From a virus, in UHGV virus genome UHGV-0125682: a stretch of DNA of 64,000 bases; one strand, given 5' to 3'. Shown here in pieces: positions 38,081-48,656 of the stretch. The first letter of the stretch is position 1, and each line of letters begins with the position of its first letter. The notes under the pieces are model-generated. The model searched no databases. It was not told the DNA's origin and saw only the letters and a list, made by a program, of their open reading frames with translations. The position numbers and the translations under genes were made by a program.

Positions 38081-39569
38081 GGTCCGCCTCATGCTTTTCA
38101 GCCACCAGCGGCAATAAAGCCCTGGCCATCTTATGAACCAATAGTGCATCAATAATGCCAAGCGTATGCCCCGGCTTAATGTTTAATGCCGCCTCAAGGT
38201 GACACCTTTCCAGGCCACTTTTCTCGGCTTGTTTATGATGATCTGGTGTAATAACGTCGCCCAAAACACGGCTAATTCTTTCTCGTAATTGCTGGGTGCC
38301 AGCACACTTGATCGCTGTATCGTGGAGACGGTTAACCAGTTCGCGATAAACATGCGGCTTAATTCGGATACGTTCACCGGTGACGCCCTTTCCTGGTGCT
38401 GGCACCGAACTATCCGGAATATCCGGATAGTTGCCTGCCAGTCTACGCAAAACGGCCTTAACAGCCTCAATACGGTCATCATCGCAATTTTCCAGCGTAT
38501 CTATGCGATCGAGCATGATGATGGCGTTATCAATATCAGGATTGCCGGTCCACTCATTACCGCGATTGGATTCGGCAGCCTGGTTGCCGCGTACTGGTTG
38601 ATTATCGGCTTTACCCAGTCTGTCGTTGCTGCATGAATGCCCTTCCAGCAAGGCCAATGCTTGTCGCATGAAATACGCAATATGTTTGCCGTGGTAATCG
38701 TCTTCATCGATGTGAAAAGCGATACTGCGGATGTATTCAATTGCGTTTTCAATGGCCTCCGGCGTTATCGGCGCTGACATATTTTGATTTTGGAGTGCCA
38801 AGACGCGACTGGCATCCTCAACGTTCTTCACTGCATCTGCGCAGTAGTTATAGCGATTGCATTCCACTAACTTCTGCTTGAGATTTTCAATTGCTTGCGC
38901 GACATCAGCCTGTATTTCCGGAACTGGCGGAACGGCTGTCTGCTGCTCTCGAACGTCATTAGTCGCTATCGGTTCTGCTGCCAGCTGACTGGCATATTTG
39001 TTAATGGTAACGATAAGCTCTTGCTCGGCCTCATCCAGACAATCACCGATACCTCGCCTGTCACCGTCAAAATCATCGAAATCGGCACGAATCTTGGCAA
39101 CCTTCTGGATTGCGGACAACACCTCACTAGGAATTACCGGATAGTTGGTTGACGTTTCCGCGATTTCCCGAAAATTATTGGTTGACGAATTCTTGTTTTC
39201 CCGAAAGTTTCCGGACTGAAGCATGGCTTCGCGGCAATCGTTCCAGCCTGTAGCGTATGCAGCCGCTTTGCTGCTGCCTTCAACTGGCGCATCCTGCCAA
39301 TACATTTCTTCCGGCACTACCTGCACCTGAGGGGTGGCGTAGAGTGGAATTCCTCCCCCTCCACCAGAAAATTCATTGCGAGCGTTATACTCACGACCAT
39401 CTGCGTCATCACGCATCCACGCCACCGGTTCTGCTTCCAGCGATGCCAGCGCGATACGAAACACATTGGCAAGCAGGCTGTCTGAAGATTGGTTATCGTG
39501 CGCCGGGTCGCTCAGGAAGCCTGTGATGAATGATTTAATCTCCGCACGTTCTTTGGTAATAGTGGTCAT
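38064..39569 (-). CDS. hypothetical protein (501 aa)
   Basis: Shares a YRELVNxLxD...GTxQLRER segment with 48042..48656. Confidence 0.5.
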   Translation of the reverse strand: MTTITKERAEIKSFITGFLSDPAHDNQSSDSLLANVFRIALASLEAEPVAWMRDDADGREYNARNEFSGGGGGIPLYATPQVQVVPEEMYWQDAPVEGSSKAAAYATGWNDCREAMLQSGNFRENKNSSTNNFREIAETSTNYPVIPSEVLSAIQKVAKIRADFDDFDGDRRGIGDCLDEAEQELIVTINKYASQLAAEPIATNDVREQQTAVPPVPEIQADVAQAIENLKQKLVECNRYNYCADAVKNVEDASRVLALQNQNMSAPITPEAIENAIEYIRSIAFHIDEDDYHGKHIAYFMRQALALLEGHSCSNDRLGKADNQPVRGNQAAESNRGNEWTGNPDIDNAIIMLDRIDTLENCDDDRIEAVKAVLRRLAGNYPDIPDSSVPAPGKGVTGERIRIKPHVYRELVNRLHDTAIKCAGTQQLRERISRVLGDVITPDHHKQAEKSGLERCHLEAALNIKPGHTLGIIDALLVHKMARALLPLVAEKHEADHANES

Positions 39570-39579
39570 GTGTTACTCC

Positions 39580-39843
39580 TTAACCCGCAGTGCTTTCAAC
39601 TGATGAGGGGAACAAAATCTTTTCATCAAACCCTGCATTCATATCATGAACAGCAACACACCAATCCATCGACGAACGATTATCAAGAGCCTCCATGATT
39701 TCATCCATGCGGCGCAGGTCATACAGGTAAATGCTTTTATCGCCAATGGTGTAAAAGCCAATTTTTTTCGGTGATGGACAGCGATCAAGAACGTCCTGTA
39801 ATTCGTTCAACCATGCCCGTTCTTTTTTTGTTAAAGTTGCCAT
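39580..39843 (-). CDS. hypothetical protein
   Basis: Start reassigned to MATLTKK with AGGAGAG RBS. Confidence 0.45.
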   Translation of the reverse strand: MATLTKKERAWLNELQDVLDRCPSPKKIGFYTIGDKSIYLYDLRRMDEIMEALDNRSSMDWCVAVHDMNAGFDEKILFPSSVESTAG

Positions 39844-40205
39844 ATCACTCTCCTTTAGTGCGCAAATGGTTTTTCCAGCGGTTTTGCGCCGCGCTGGGCT
39901 TTTTGCAAAAACCACAATCCATCATCCCGTAATATTTCATCAACCCCATCCGTCGGTTGCTGAGTCTCACCCACTGCCAGACGCCAGGAGCGTTTCTACG
40001 AACTAACAGAATCTTTGCTTTACGGTTTTTCATCGCTTTGCTCTCCTGCGTCTCTTTGCTGCTCGTCGTGCCGCTGCAATACCGGTATGGCGGCGCTTTG
40101 GTGCCGGGATGATGTTGTCAGCCATCAGGACATACGGCTTTGCAATTAGCGCAGAAGCCCAAAAACGAGTCGGGTACGGTAACAAGCCGATACATGCCAC
40201 ACGCA

Positions 40206-40967
40206 TTACTCACCTCCTTTGATGCGAATGCCTGCAGCGCGGATTGCAGCGATGACTTCAGAAACTTTGTATGCCATTACCGTTTGGTAATCATCGTGAA
40301 AATCTGTTCGATGAAGCATGCTGCTACGTTCCGGGAGCGATATTTCCCGAGCATCCAGTTCCTTAACGCGTTCCTCCAGTTCGTAGACCCTGCATTGTTC
40401 TCTATCATCAATCAGATATAACCCAAGACATTCGCTTTCTACCCAACCGCCAAAATCATGATCGTAACGCTCACATGAAAACTCACCGTCACCGTCCTTT
40501 GTTGGAATGGTGTAACTATCTAATGGGCCACCATATGTCGGCACATTTCCCAATGTTGGATGCTCAATCCACATGAAAAATGCACGTCCGGTTATTGGGC
40601 AAATATCTGGCCGCCATTGGTTACGAACAGCCTTGGTTTCGGATAATTCTTCAGCGTGTTGTTTTACTTCCTCAAGCTCAACTCTCAGCTTCCCTACCGT
40701 TAGCGCAATATCCTCGTTCTCCTGATCGCGGCGTTTTATGTATTGCTGGTTTCTTTCCCGTTCATCCAGAAGCGCCAAGACGGTAGCCGGATTGGCTGCG
40801 GCGATGAATTCAGCATCACGAGATTCGTTTTCACTGAACACCATAGCTATTTGCTCATGGTTTATGCCGTCAGTGGAGTAAATCTCATCGTCGAATTCAA
40901 CAGCCCACTTACCTTTCGTAGCCTTCTCTGCCGCCTCACGCAGTGCCTGATAGTCAATCTTGCTCAC
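40206..40967 (-). CDS. Ead/Ea22-like protein
   Basis: N-terminal MSKIDYQALREAAEKAT signature. Confidence 0.55.
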   Translation of the reverse strand: MSKIDYQALREAAEKATKGKWAVEFDDEIYSTDGINHEQIAMVFSENESRDAEFIAAANPATVLALLDERERNQQYIKRRDQENEDIALTVGKLRVELEEVKQHAEELSETKAVRNQWRPDICPITGRAFFMWIEHPTLGNVPTYGGPLDSYTIPTKDGDGEFSCERYDHDFGGWVESECLGLYLIDDREQCRVYELEERVKELDAREISLPERSSMLHRTDFHDDYQTVMAYKVSEVIAAIRAAGIRIKGGE

Positions 40968-41268
40968 TGGCAGCCTCCTTTGCCGGGATTTCTAACTTTT
41001 GAGTGGTTGTATCAAATTCAAACAACTTAACCACGTCATCAAACAGGACATAATCACCATCAGGATCTTCAGTCATATCTGCGCCACAATCCTGACCGCA
41101 CGAGTCGCAACCATCCATATCAAGCTCGTATCGCTTCAGGTTTGCGATATTTGATAAATTCAGCGCCAGTACAGCCAGGTCATAAACCTCTTCGGCAGTG
41201 ACATCGCTGTTCAGTCCCATTTCATGGCGATATATGATTTTTTCTACCCGTTGTTTTGTGATTGTCAT
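40954..41268 (-). CDS. hypothetical acidic protein
   Basis: ORF. Confidence 0.45.
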   Translation of the reverse strand: MTITKQRVEKIIYRHEMGLNSDVTAEEVYDLAVLALNLSNIANLKRYELDMDGCDSCGQDCGADMTEDPDGDYVLFDDVVKLFEFDTTTQKLEIPAKEAASEQD

Positions 41269-41765
41269 TTTTGCTCACCTCCCTGTTCTTCCAGAAAAAT
41301 ACGCATAGCCTCAAGCATCTCTTCGGTGTCATACGGTGACAACTTGTCACGCAGGATGTGTTCAATGCTGTTAATGAACTTGCGGATTGCTTTGCGTTCA
41401 ATTTCAGCCAGGAAAGCGTCGGTGGCTGACATATTTCCTGTTGCCTTCATGGCCTTCAAAATAACCAGAACGCCATCTCGCCCAACCACCTCAGCGATAA
41501 CCTCAGTGTTGTCGCCAACAACATCGCAGAATGCCTGAACTGCCTTACGAGCCAGCTCATTCTCCACTGCCAGCGCCGCGCACTTGGCCTCAAGAGCGGC
41601 AACCACTTCCTGATGGTCTTTGTACTTAACGTATGAGCCGGAGATGTCATCACCTTCGGTGTTTAGCCATGCGTCATTGCAATTCACTGCGTAGGTTCTG
41701 ATGCTCATGTTGATGCTCTCCCGCCCCTGACAGACGCCAGGCCAGTCAATAAAGTATCCGCACAA
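41265..41765 (-). CDS. hypothetical protein (Ea22-like C-terminal region), start uncertain
   Basis: Overlaps an Ea22-like N-terminal fragment ORF (41705..41890) in another frame. Confidence 0.4.
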   Translation of the reverse strand: MCGYFIDWPGVCQGRESINMSIRTYAVNCNDAWLNTEGDDISGSYVKYKDHQEVVAALEAKCAALAVENELARKAVQAFCDVVGDNTEVIAEVVGRDGVLVILKAMKATGNMSATDAFLAEIERKAIRKFINSIEHILRDKLSPYDTEEMLEAMRIFLEEQGGEQK

Positions 41766-41876
41766 TGCCTACCCTCAGACGTGCGCGCAGGATAAATGCC
41801 GTTATGACCCGGCAAAATATATGCTACCCATTCATCTTGCGTTGCCTGTTCCGCCGCCTCGCGCAGTTCTTGATAG

Positions 41877-42578
41877 TTAATTTTGCTCACTGGTTGCCCC
41901 CTGAATACGCTTAAACTCGATTACCCACACCCAAGGATTAGCGTTCCAACTATCTTCGCCATAAATTGATTTCCATAGGCTACGGAAACATGGGTAATGC
42001 TTATCGCCAATGAGGGTCGATTCTGTTGGTGCGCCCTCAGCCCTTGCATCGCATTCGCTGATATCGTTCAACCGCTCAACGCGCACGTTGGTAATTTCCA
42101 GAAGAATGCGCGATGCCCAGCGCGGCATGTGAATTGATGGACACCACCCGCCATCAAATTTTTCATTCACAGTGTGAGGTTTCCAGTCGGCATCATCGGG
42201 TATCGACCACAAGCCGTAATCACCCGGCTTTTGCTCACAACTGGCCCGATAAATCCTTGCTGCGTTCTTCTCATCGCCACGACAAAGGTTGTCGTTCCAG
42301 TCCACACTGCAACCATCCTCATTGCCTAATATCGCCCACGCCTCACGGACCCATATGCGATCACCAACGTTACCGAACGGGCATAAACCATGTTCAGGTG
42401 CATCCATAACGTGGGTATAGACACCATTGCGTTTCTTTGTCGGTTTACGGATAACCAGGCAGTTATCGGCCCTGACATTTTTTACAGGTCGGCGAGTCTG
42501 CGTCTTCCTTCCTTCGAGGATGGCCCTGACCATCTCATCGTTAAAAATCATCCCGCGTTCTTTCATTTTTTGATCCAC
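41877..42578 (-). CDS. hypothetical prophage protein
   Basis: ORF. Confidence 0.5.
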   Translation of the reverse strand: MDQKMKERGMIFNDEMVRAILEGRKTQTRRPVKNVRADNCLVIRKPTKKRNGVYTHVMDAPEHGLCPFGNVGDRIWVREAWAILGNEDGCSVDWNDNLCRGDEKNAARIYRASCEQKPGDYGLWSIPDDADWKPHTVNEKFDGGWCPSIHMPRWASRILLEITNVRVERLNDISECDARAEGAPTESTLIGDKHYPCFRSLWKSIYGEDSWNANPWVWVIEFKRIQGATSEQN

Positions 42579-42582
42579 CTCA

Positions 42583-43578
42583 TCAGTTATTGAAAGTGAT
42601 CACTCCGCGCTCGATGGCGAAGTCAAAAAGCTGGTTAGCGGCTACGTAAAGGCGTATGCCATGTGCTTTTTCCCATGCCCGGACATCGTTTTCTGCGCTT
42701 CTGGCGCAGTCATCGCAAAGAGGAACAGCCCAGCGGTCGTGTTCGTTTAACGAGCGGGCGCGGTACATGAACGGGTGGTTAACTTTGCCACCGCATCCGA
42801 TGCACGGACGAGAAACCACAAACCGGAGATAAGCCGGGCTTTTACCGAGGACCGCTTTTGGTCGGCGCATATAAAGCAGGCCGGAATCCTCATCTACAGA
42901 CAGGTTGACGATCTGCTCTGCGGTTATGTCCACCAGCTCGCGGGTACTGTGCTCCCAGGTGATATCTGATTCTTTCAGCGTACCGGTAGGGATTTCAGTT
43001 TTTGGCTGACAAAATGCAATGCGACCGGCTTCATCTGGCAGCTCATCTTTCAGATTCCGGCGAATGGCCCAAAAAGTGAGTTCAACCATGCTCAGATCGC
43101 GTTCTGGCGGTAGTTTTAACTCGCTCGCAGCCCAGTTCATAACCCAGTTGGCACGATTCAGGGATAACTGGTCGTCCAGCTTGCTGTACCCCTTCATCAT
43201 GTATTCCGCATCATGCTTCCAGCACAGGCGAACGGCAGAGCCGTTATAGAAATGAGTGGTTAGCTGGTGGCTGCAATCGCGCTTATCGTGCGCCTGGCAA
43301 TCGTGGATATTGGAACTTACCCAATGAACAAGCGAATCTTCACCGCCCAACGCGTTAAATACGCGCTCGCTTTGAAAAAACGGTTTCAGAGACTGGTTGG
43401 CAACCAGCGAATAATTCAGATCCACTACGCCATCTGGCGTGTTTTCAGCCTGTTCACGCGGAAGTGGGGAGATAATGAAACGGCGACCTACGCCAATGTA
43501 GTTACTGGTGGGCTTGTCTACCGGAAAGACAGCCACACCAGCTCCGTTTACGAAATGAGGTGTGATTATTGCACTCAT
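42583..43578 (-). CDS. hypothetical protein with Cys-rich C-terminal domain (DUF968-like)
   Basis: C-terminal CIGCGG...CDDC cysteine cluster. Confidence 0.5.
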   Translation of the reverse strand: MSAIITPHFVNGAGVAVFPVDKPTSNYIGVGRRFIISPLPREQAENTPDGVVDLNYSLVANQSLKPFFQSERVFNALGGEDSLVHWVSSNIHDCQAHDKRDCSHQLTTHFYNGSAVRLCWKHDAEYMMKGYSKLDDQLSLNRANWVMNWAASELKLPPERDLSMVELTFWAIRRNLKDELPDEAGRIAFCQPKTEIPTGTLKESDITWEHSTRELVDITAEQIVNLSVDEDSGLLYMRRPKAVLGKSPAYLRFVVSRPCIGCGGKVNHPFMYRARSLNEHDRWAVPLCDDCARSAENDVRAWEKAHGIRLYVAANQLFDFAIERGVITFNN

Positions 43579-43618
43579 AATGTATACCGACTCTGTTTTG
43601 TTCCGAGCGGTAAAATAA

Positions 43619-43656
43619 TATGTTAGAAAACTAAAATCAATGTTCTAACACATTTT
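43619..43656. promoter_or_regulatory. tandem divergent operator-like repeats
   Basis: atgttagaaaactaaaat and aatgttctaacacatttt, upstream of the leftward operon starting at 43578. Confidence 0.55.
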
Positions 43657-43675
43657 GAGTGCGTAAATGATTTGA

Positions 43676-44368
43676 TCAGACTTTAAGCTGCCCTCCCTTC
43701 ACCTGCATTAGCGTCAGATTTCCGCAAAAAACCGCGCCCGTGTCTATGTAGTGCTGATTCCAGTATGCTTTTGGTCTTCGTACCGGTGTGTGCCCAAAGA
43801 TAAAGCGATCTGCGCCTGTGATTTCTCCACCAATGCCATCTATCGAATCACCGACGCGACTGCGCGACCAGACAACATCAAAAAGCGACACATCCTTACC
43901 GAACTGGTACTCTCCACCTGGATAGTCGGCATGGGCTATAACGATAGTTTCATGCCCGGTGTTCAGCTCAATGATATAGGGAAGACGTCTTACCAGCTCC
44001 ACCAGCGCCCTGGCTAATATTTCCCGATCAGCGTCCAGCATGAAGAACCATTGACCGCCATTCATTAGCCAGTTATTCACATTGCCTGCGGGACTTAACG
44101 CATCGATCATTAATCGCTCGTGGTTTCCCATAACCGACCGAAACCAGGGCATCTGCAATAGCTCCAGGCATTCAACATTTTCGGTGCCGCGATCGATAAG
44201 GTCGCCAACCGATATCAGTAAATCCTGCGCCGGGTCAAAATCCACACGATGGAGTTCATTCATAAGTAGGGTGTAGCAACCGTGCAAATCACCAACAACC
44301 CATATGTTTCTGTAGCCTGAACCATCAATACGGCTATATAAATTCACTTCATGCAGCGCCTGGTTCAT
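43676..44368 (-). CDS. Ser/Thr protein phosphatase (PPP family)
   Basis: Metallophosphatase motifs GDLHG, GDLIDRG, GNHE. Confidence 0.8.
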   Translation of the reverse strand: MNQALHEVNLYSRIDGSGYRNIWVVGDLHGCYTLLMNELHRVDFDPAQDLLISVGDLIDRGTENVECLELLQMPWFRSVMGNHERLMIDALSPAGNVNNWLMNGGQWFFMLDADREILARALVELVRRLPYIIELNTGHETIVIAHADYPGGEYQFGKDVSLFDVVWSRSRVGDSIDGIGGEITGADRFIFGHTPVRRPKAYWNQHYIDTGAVFCGNLTLMQVKGGQLKV

Positions 44369-44676
44369 GCGGCAACCTTCTCCCGCAGCCAGATACAAAC
44401 CGGGCCATCTTCAGTGTCATGAATAGAGCCAACAAACCATCCTTCGCCCGCTGGTCGCTCTGGTTCCCAGGCGGCAATATCGGGACCATCTGCGTCCAGA
44501 TTAAAATCATCTTCATCCATACTGCGAATAGTCCACTGAAGATTATTTTCCTTCATCCAGGCGTCAAATTCCTCAGTGGATATATATTCACGACCTGCGC
44601 AAAACTTTTCATACTCCGGATGTGTCCAGCAGCCATATTCATCACGTTCTACCGGCATTTCTTTAATTGTGCTCAC
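44365..44676 (-). CDS. hypothetical protein
   Basis: ORF. Confidence 0.45.
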   Translation of the reverse strand: MSTIKEMPVERDEYGCWTHPEYEKFCAGREYISTEEFDAWMKENNLQWTIRSMDEDDFNLDADGPDIAAWEPERPAGEGWFVGSIHDTEDGPVCIWLREKVAA

Positions 44677-44897
44677 TCTTCATCCTCCAAGTCGGCAACG
44701 GCATCCATCACATCAGAACCGCGAATAAACTCAAAAGCACGGCAAGCCATTTCAAACACCTGTTGTTCTTGCGGATGCGGTGACTCCCAATACTTAAAAC
44801 CAGGTCGATGCTCGTAACCCATCATGGAATAAAAATCGCCAGCAAGTTCAATCGCGGCATCAACAAGTTCGCGATTTGTCATCGTCTGTTCTGTCAT
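44673..44897 (-). CDS. hypothetical protein
   Basis: ORF. Confidence 0.45.
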   Translation of the reverse strand: MTEQTMTNRELVDAAIELAGDFYSMMGYEHRPGFKYWESPHPQEQQVFEMACRAFEFIRGSDVMDAVADLEDEE

Positions 44898-45169
44898 TTT
44901 GTTTTCTCCTGTCTGAACATCACTATCATCAGGTCGCCTTTTGTCGCTATCCTCGCTGTTGTGCCTGGTTCAATGCTGCCAAGTTCAAATGCGTCATAGA
45001 ACGCTTCTAATGCCTTCAGGCGTAGTTCCTGTTTGCGCCGTTTTTTCCACTGTTTCAGGAAAATGGAACCCAGCCATCGCCATGTACGGGACATGATGTA
45101 AAGCCAACCGAGAAGTGCCAGACCGGTATTTAGGGCCGTATCGAGCGTTATCGTGGTGTCGATATTCAC
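44894..45169 (-). CDS. hypothetical membrane protein
   Basis: ORF with hydrophobic helix. Confidence 0.45.
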   Translation of the reverse strand: MNIDTTITLDTALNTGLALLGWLYIMSRTWRWLGSIFLKQWKKRRKQELRLKALEAFYDAFELGSIEPGTTARIATKGDLMIVMFRQEKTK

Positions 45170-45414
45170 TGTGGTGGCTCCTGCTTTTCTGCCTTTAATA
45201 CCATGCGAGAACCATCATCCAGCTCCCAATTAATTTCACCGCCTTCAGCCATGACTAGATGCCAAACGAGTTGTGCGGCCTCGTTGGTTACATCACGACC
45301 GCGATCATTGCCGACACGACGTTTTGTTCCATCCCCTAAGTCACGCATTTTTGCCAACACGATGGTTTTTGATAGCGGTGAAAAACCAAGCTGTAGTCGT
45401 GCGGTATTACTCAC
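45166..45414 (-). CDS. hypothetical protein
   Basis: ORF. Confidence 0.45.
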   Translation of the reverse strand: MSNTARLQLGFSPLSKTIVLAKMRDLGDGTKRRVGNDRGRDVTNEAAQLVWHLVMAEGGEINWELDDGSRMVLKAEKQEPPQ

Positions 45415-46052
45415 TGTTTGCCTCCTTTTCGAAGCTGGTCAGCGAACCTATCAGCTGCATCCGCGCAAGCAGAAGCAACGGAATCAAAAAATGGATCATC
45501 TCCGGTATCGCGCATCGTCAAAGCGAATGCCTCCACCCCTTGTGCCTGTATTTCTACAAGGTATGCCTTAGATGTAGTGCTTTTCGCCTCGCCTAATTCG
45601 TTATGAGCGATGTTCGCTATACATGCGATGTCTATATCTGGATGATTAATTGGGCAATGGCTAAGAATTGCCTCAAGTGCTGCTTTTTTGCTTTGGCATT
45701 CCGCCACCATCGCCCCGCAATTGCTTTCATATTCGGCAATACGCTGTTTAGCAGCCTCCAGCTCAACACGCAGCTTCTCAAGCGTTAGAGCCATCTCCAT
45801 GTTCTCGTCCAGCAGTTCAATCACATCAGGATCGCTATCATCAACTACTGTTATGCGCGATTTTTTGTAATGCTCGTCAGCATAAGTTCGTCCAGTTTTG
45901 AAGCATCCGTCGTCCTCCATGCCGGAACAGGCATAAACAACATGTGATCCAGATATGCGCTGCATTGACATTTCCTCGCCACAAACAGAGCATTTAGGCG
46001 CTGGTTTCGGTGAAAAACGTTCACGTAACGTATGATAGTAAAGCTCGCTCAC
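45411..46052 (-). CDS. Ea22-like protein
   Basis: Shared C-terminal ...ADQLRKGGKQ module and coiled coil. Confidence 0.5.
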   Translation of the reverse strand: MSELYYHTLRERFSPKPAPKCSVCGEEMSMQRISGSHVVYACSGMEDDGCFKTGRTYADEHYKKSRITVVDDSDPDVIELLDENMEMALTLEKLRVELEAAKQRIAEYESNCGAMVAECQSKKAALEAILSHCPINHPDIDIACIANIAHNELGEAKSTTSKAYLVEIQAQGVEAFALTMRDTGDDPFFDSVASACADAADRFADQLRKGGKQ

Positions 46053-46846
46053 TGGCTGCCTCCTTTGCGAAGCTGTTCAGCGATATCTTCGAGAACGCCA
46101 TCAGAGAATGAGCGGTCAAAATCGCCTTCCCGCGCATTAGCCATAAACTCAGTAGAGGTAAGAATCATCCGGGCAATATCCGCGGCGTTCTTCGCAGTAT
46201 CATCAATAAAACCAGCTTCCCAAGCAGCCAGCATTCTGTTCGCCACAAAGTAAGCGCCCTCCTTGCGTGCTTCAGTCTTCACTTCATCCAGGAAAGTGTC
46301 GGTCGCAGGAGTGGTTTTTTGTGGTGATAGGGCGATACGAATTGTTTCAAGAGCTGGATCTATTTCCACTGTTGGCACTTTGATAAAACCAAGCTGCACG
46401 CCATTCATAATGAACGTGCGGCGATCCTCACATATCGCCTTCAGTCTCGCATTCTCCGCAGCCAGCGCCGCGCGATTACCCTCCAGCTCTGCAATGCGCT
46501 GTTTTGCGGTATCAAGTTCAATCGATAATTTTTCCAACTGCTCTTTATGCTTCTTATATTCCTGATATGCGTGCCAGGACTGACCTTTGCGCACACTATC
46601 AGTAATATCAGTAATCTGTTCTGGTGTTAGCGTAGTCAGTGGCTGTGCTGGGAAAATCAGCACTTTCCCGGAATCCCAATCAAAACCAGCGTGAATTGAC
46701 TGAACCTCAACTGAGGGTGTTGAACCAATGCTGCCAGGCGAATGAACAACGATCGTTACATCCATATCGCGACGATGGCTGTGGTTGTTGGACAAAATAC
46801 GATTCACCAACTCAGAAAATTTGGAGAATTTCATGCGGAGCCTCAA
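46049..46846 (-). CDS. Ea22-like protein
   Basis: C-terminal ...AEQLRKGGSQ module. Confidence 0.5.
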   Translation of the reverse strand: MRLRMKFSKFSELVNRILSNNHSHRRDMDVTIVVHSPGSIGSTPSVEVQSIHAGFDWDSGKVLIFPAQPLTTLTPEQITDITDSVRKGQSWHAYQEYKKHKEQLEKLSIELDTAKQRIAELEGNRAALAAENARLKAICEDRRTFIMNGVQLGFIKVPTVEIDPALETIRIALSPQKTTPATDTFLDEVKTEARKEGAYFVANRMLAAWEAGFIDDTAKNAADIARMILTSTEFMANAREGDFDRSFSDGVLEDIAEQLRKGGSQ

Positions 46847-47253
46847 TATGCAAAATAGACCGTTGCCACGCCGTTATAGTGATCAAACGATACGGCGTTT
46901 ACTTCATAGCTGGCAGGGAGCTTCGATCCGAGAACATATCCGGGCCACGTTTTCCATGGAATTTCTCTACTCTCACTATCCCCATATACCGTACATCCAA
47001 GTGAACCTACAGCTTCATTAGAACGCGTGCCGCACGTTATGAATCCCAGATTTTGCTTACTGCTCTTAATGGTGATTGAGTGAACGCTGGCTGATGCATT
47101 AGCAGCACGCTGTGCCTGTTGGTTTGCGATATTCGCAGAGTTCGCAGCAGCTACAGCAGCCGTAGTCGCGGCGGTAGAGGCTACAATAGCTGCTGAAGCA
47201 TGCACTTGTTGGATATTCACCAACAATGCCGCGACAAAAATCATCTTCTTCAC
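46843..47253 (-). CDS. secreted protein with signal peptide
   Basis: N-terminal signal sequence MKKMIFVAALLVNIQQVHA. Confidence 0.5.
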   Translation of the reverse strand: MKKMIFVAALLVNIQQVHASAAIVASTAATTAAVAAANSANIANQQAQRAANASASVHSITIKSSKQNLGFITCGTRSNEAVGSLGCTVYGDSESREIPWKTWPGYVLGSKLPASYEVNAVSFDHYNGVATVYFAY

Positions 47254-47738
47254 TTGTCAGCTCCTTTGCGAATCTGTTCCGCCCATTCTTCAAGGGATTT
47301 CTCCGCATATTCACCGGACAGGCCATCAATCGGGTGCGGTTCATTAGCCAACTCTTCTTTCGCTGACAGAATCATGCGTGTAACGTCGAAAACTTCACGT
47401 AAAGACTTATTGATAAATCCGTGGTTGAAAGCAGCAGCAAGACGGCTTGCGGTATAGTTAATCCCCTCGTTGCGAGCCTCCGCACGAATTTCAGCCAGAA
47501 AAGCATCGGTGGCTGGAGTTTCGCTGTGGTGCAGGGCATCGTTGATAATCATTGCAGCAACTCCGGCCTGCCCTGCATCCGTGACCGACACATGCTCAAG
47601 AGTTACAGCCATTGCATGTTTCAGCCCAGCATTCTCCGCCGCCAGCGCCGAGCGTTCTTTCTCAAGTCGGGAAATTTCCGTTACATACTCAGCGTTACGC
47701 TCTGCCAGTTGTGCTGGCGTTAAACCTTCAGACTTCAT
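47250..47738 (-). CDS. Ea22-like protein
   Basis: C-terminal ...AEQIRKGADK module. Confidence 0.5.
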   Translation of the reverse strand: MKSEGLTPAQLAERNAEYVTEISRLEKERSALAAENAGLKHAMAVTLEHVSVTDAGQAGVAAMIINDALHHSETPATDAFLAEIRAEARNEGINYTASRLAAAFNHGFINKSLREVFDVTRMILSAKEELANEPHPIDGLSGEYAEKSLEEWAEQIRKGADK

Positions 47739-48045
47739 GTACTCTCCTTTCGAAATAAACGTACTGATTAATCATGCTCAAGGGCATTTCGAGTTTTTCT
47801 GCGATCTCACGGCGGGGAACACCACACCGATGAAGCTGCCGTGCCAGTTCTATATCGCCCTGCCGGTATTTGGCTGACGGGTGAAAGTCTCCTTTCAGAA
47901 TCATGCAGATCCGCAGTTGCCGCGCTTTGGTTCTGACAGCACTACCGGTACGCCCGATCAGCCTCCCAATACTCTCGACTGTCATAGTCCCGGCGCACTG
48001 GCGGAGTATCATGATTTCTGCCCTTCCCCATCCCCGCCAGCTCAC
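47728..48045 (-). CDS. hypothetical protein, possible HTH
   Basis: ORF. Confidence 0.4.
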   Translation of the reverse strand: MSWRGWGRAEIMILRQCAGTMTVESIGRLIGRTGSAVRTKARQLRICMILKGDFHPSAKYRQGDIELARQLHRCGVPRREIAEKLEMPLSMINQYVYFERRVHEV

Positions 48046-48656
48046 GCAGAACTCCTTCTAACCAAAAGAACGCCATCTTCAGAAACAACGTTGCAGGACT
48101 TCAGGTAATTCATTGCCTCTTTCGGTAATGGATTCTTTGGATCGGCGTTTGCCAGGGATTTCGATAACCTCATGATAAATTTGATCATTACCTTCTGGCG
48201 GAGCTTGTGCTCATGAGATAAAGACAGGTAATAGGAAATGGTATGGGCTAAACGCTCACGAAGCTGTTCTGTGCCGTGATATACAGCAGCGATATCACGC
48301 AGTGCATTGACCAGTTCCCGGTAAATATGCGGAGCAACCTGGCATTCAATGTTGGTTGGTGACTCATAAATTACAGTCAGCCCCAGCTTTTCAGCCAGCG
48401 CGTGCTCTGCACGAGCACCAATCGATTCCTCCCATCGATTGAGCAAGTAGATCGCATCAGCAGAACGCACCATTGCCAGGCAAATATCCATGTATTCACT
48501 CTGACAAAGGCCACCAGGTAACACAGCTGGATTCAGAACGATATGCCCTTCAGCCATCAGCTCGCTCGCTTTCGCATTAAACGCCGCACGGTTGTAGTCT
48601 GGATAACCAGTCATCGGCCCCGCGATGTAAATTTTCAAAACACGTCTCACCATCAA
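48042..48656 (-). CDS. nucleoside 2-deoxyribosyltransferase-like (DUF1937/DUF4406-type) protein
   Basis: N-terminal KIYIAGPMTGYPDYNRAAF signature. Confidence 0.5.
   Translation of the reverse strand: MMVRRVLKIYIAGPMTGYPDYNRAAFNAKASELMAEGHIVLNPAVLPGGLCQSEYMDICLAMVRSADAIYLLNRWEESIGARAEHALAEKLGLTVIYESPTNIECQVAPHIYRELVNALRDIAAVYHGTEQLRERLAHTISYYLSLSHEHKLRQKVMIKFIMRLSKSLANADPKNPLPKEAMNYLKSCNVVSEDGVLLVRRSSA

Noticed and set aside
40206-48656. Separate lambdoid prophage inserted in the window
   Set aside because: The block is flanked on both sides by P1-type genes (phd-doc, humD, ref) and fronted by the same operator repeats; no integrase or att-like repeats. Treated as an accessory module of the same phage.
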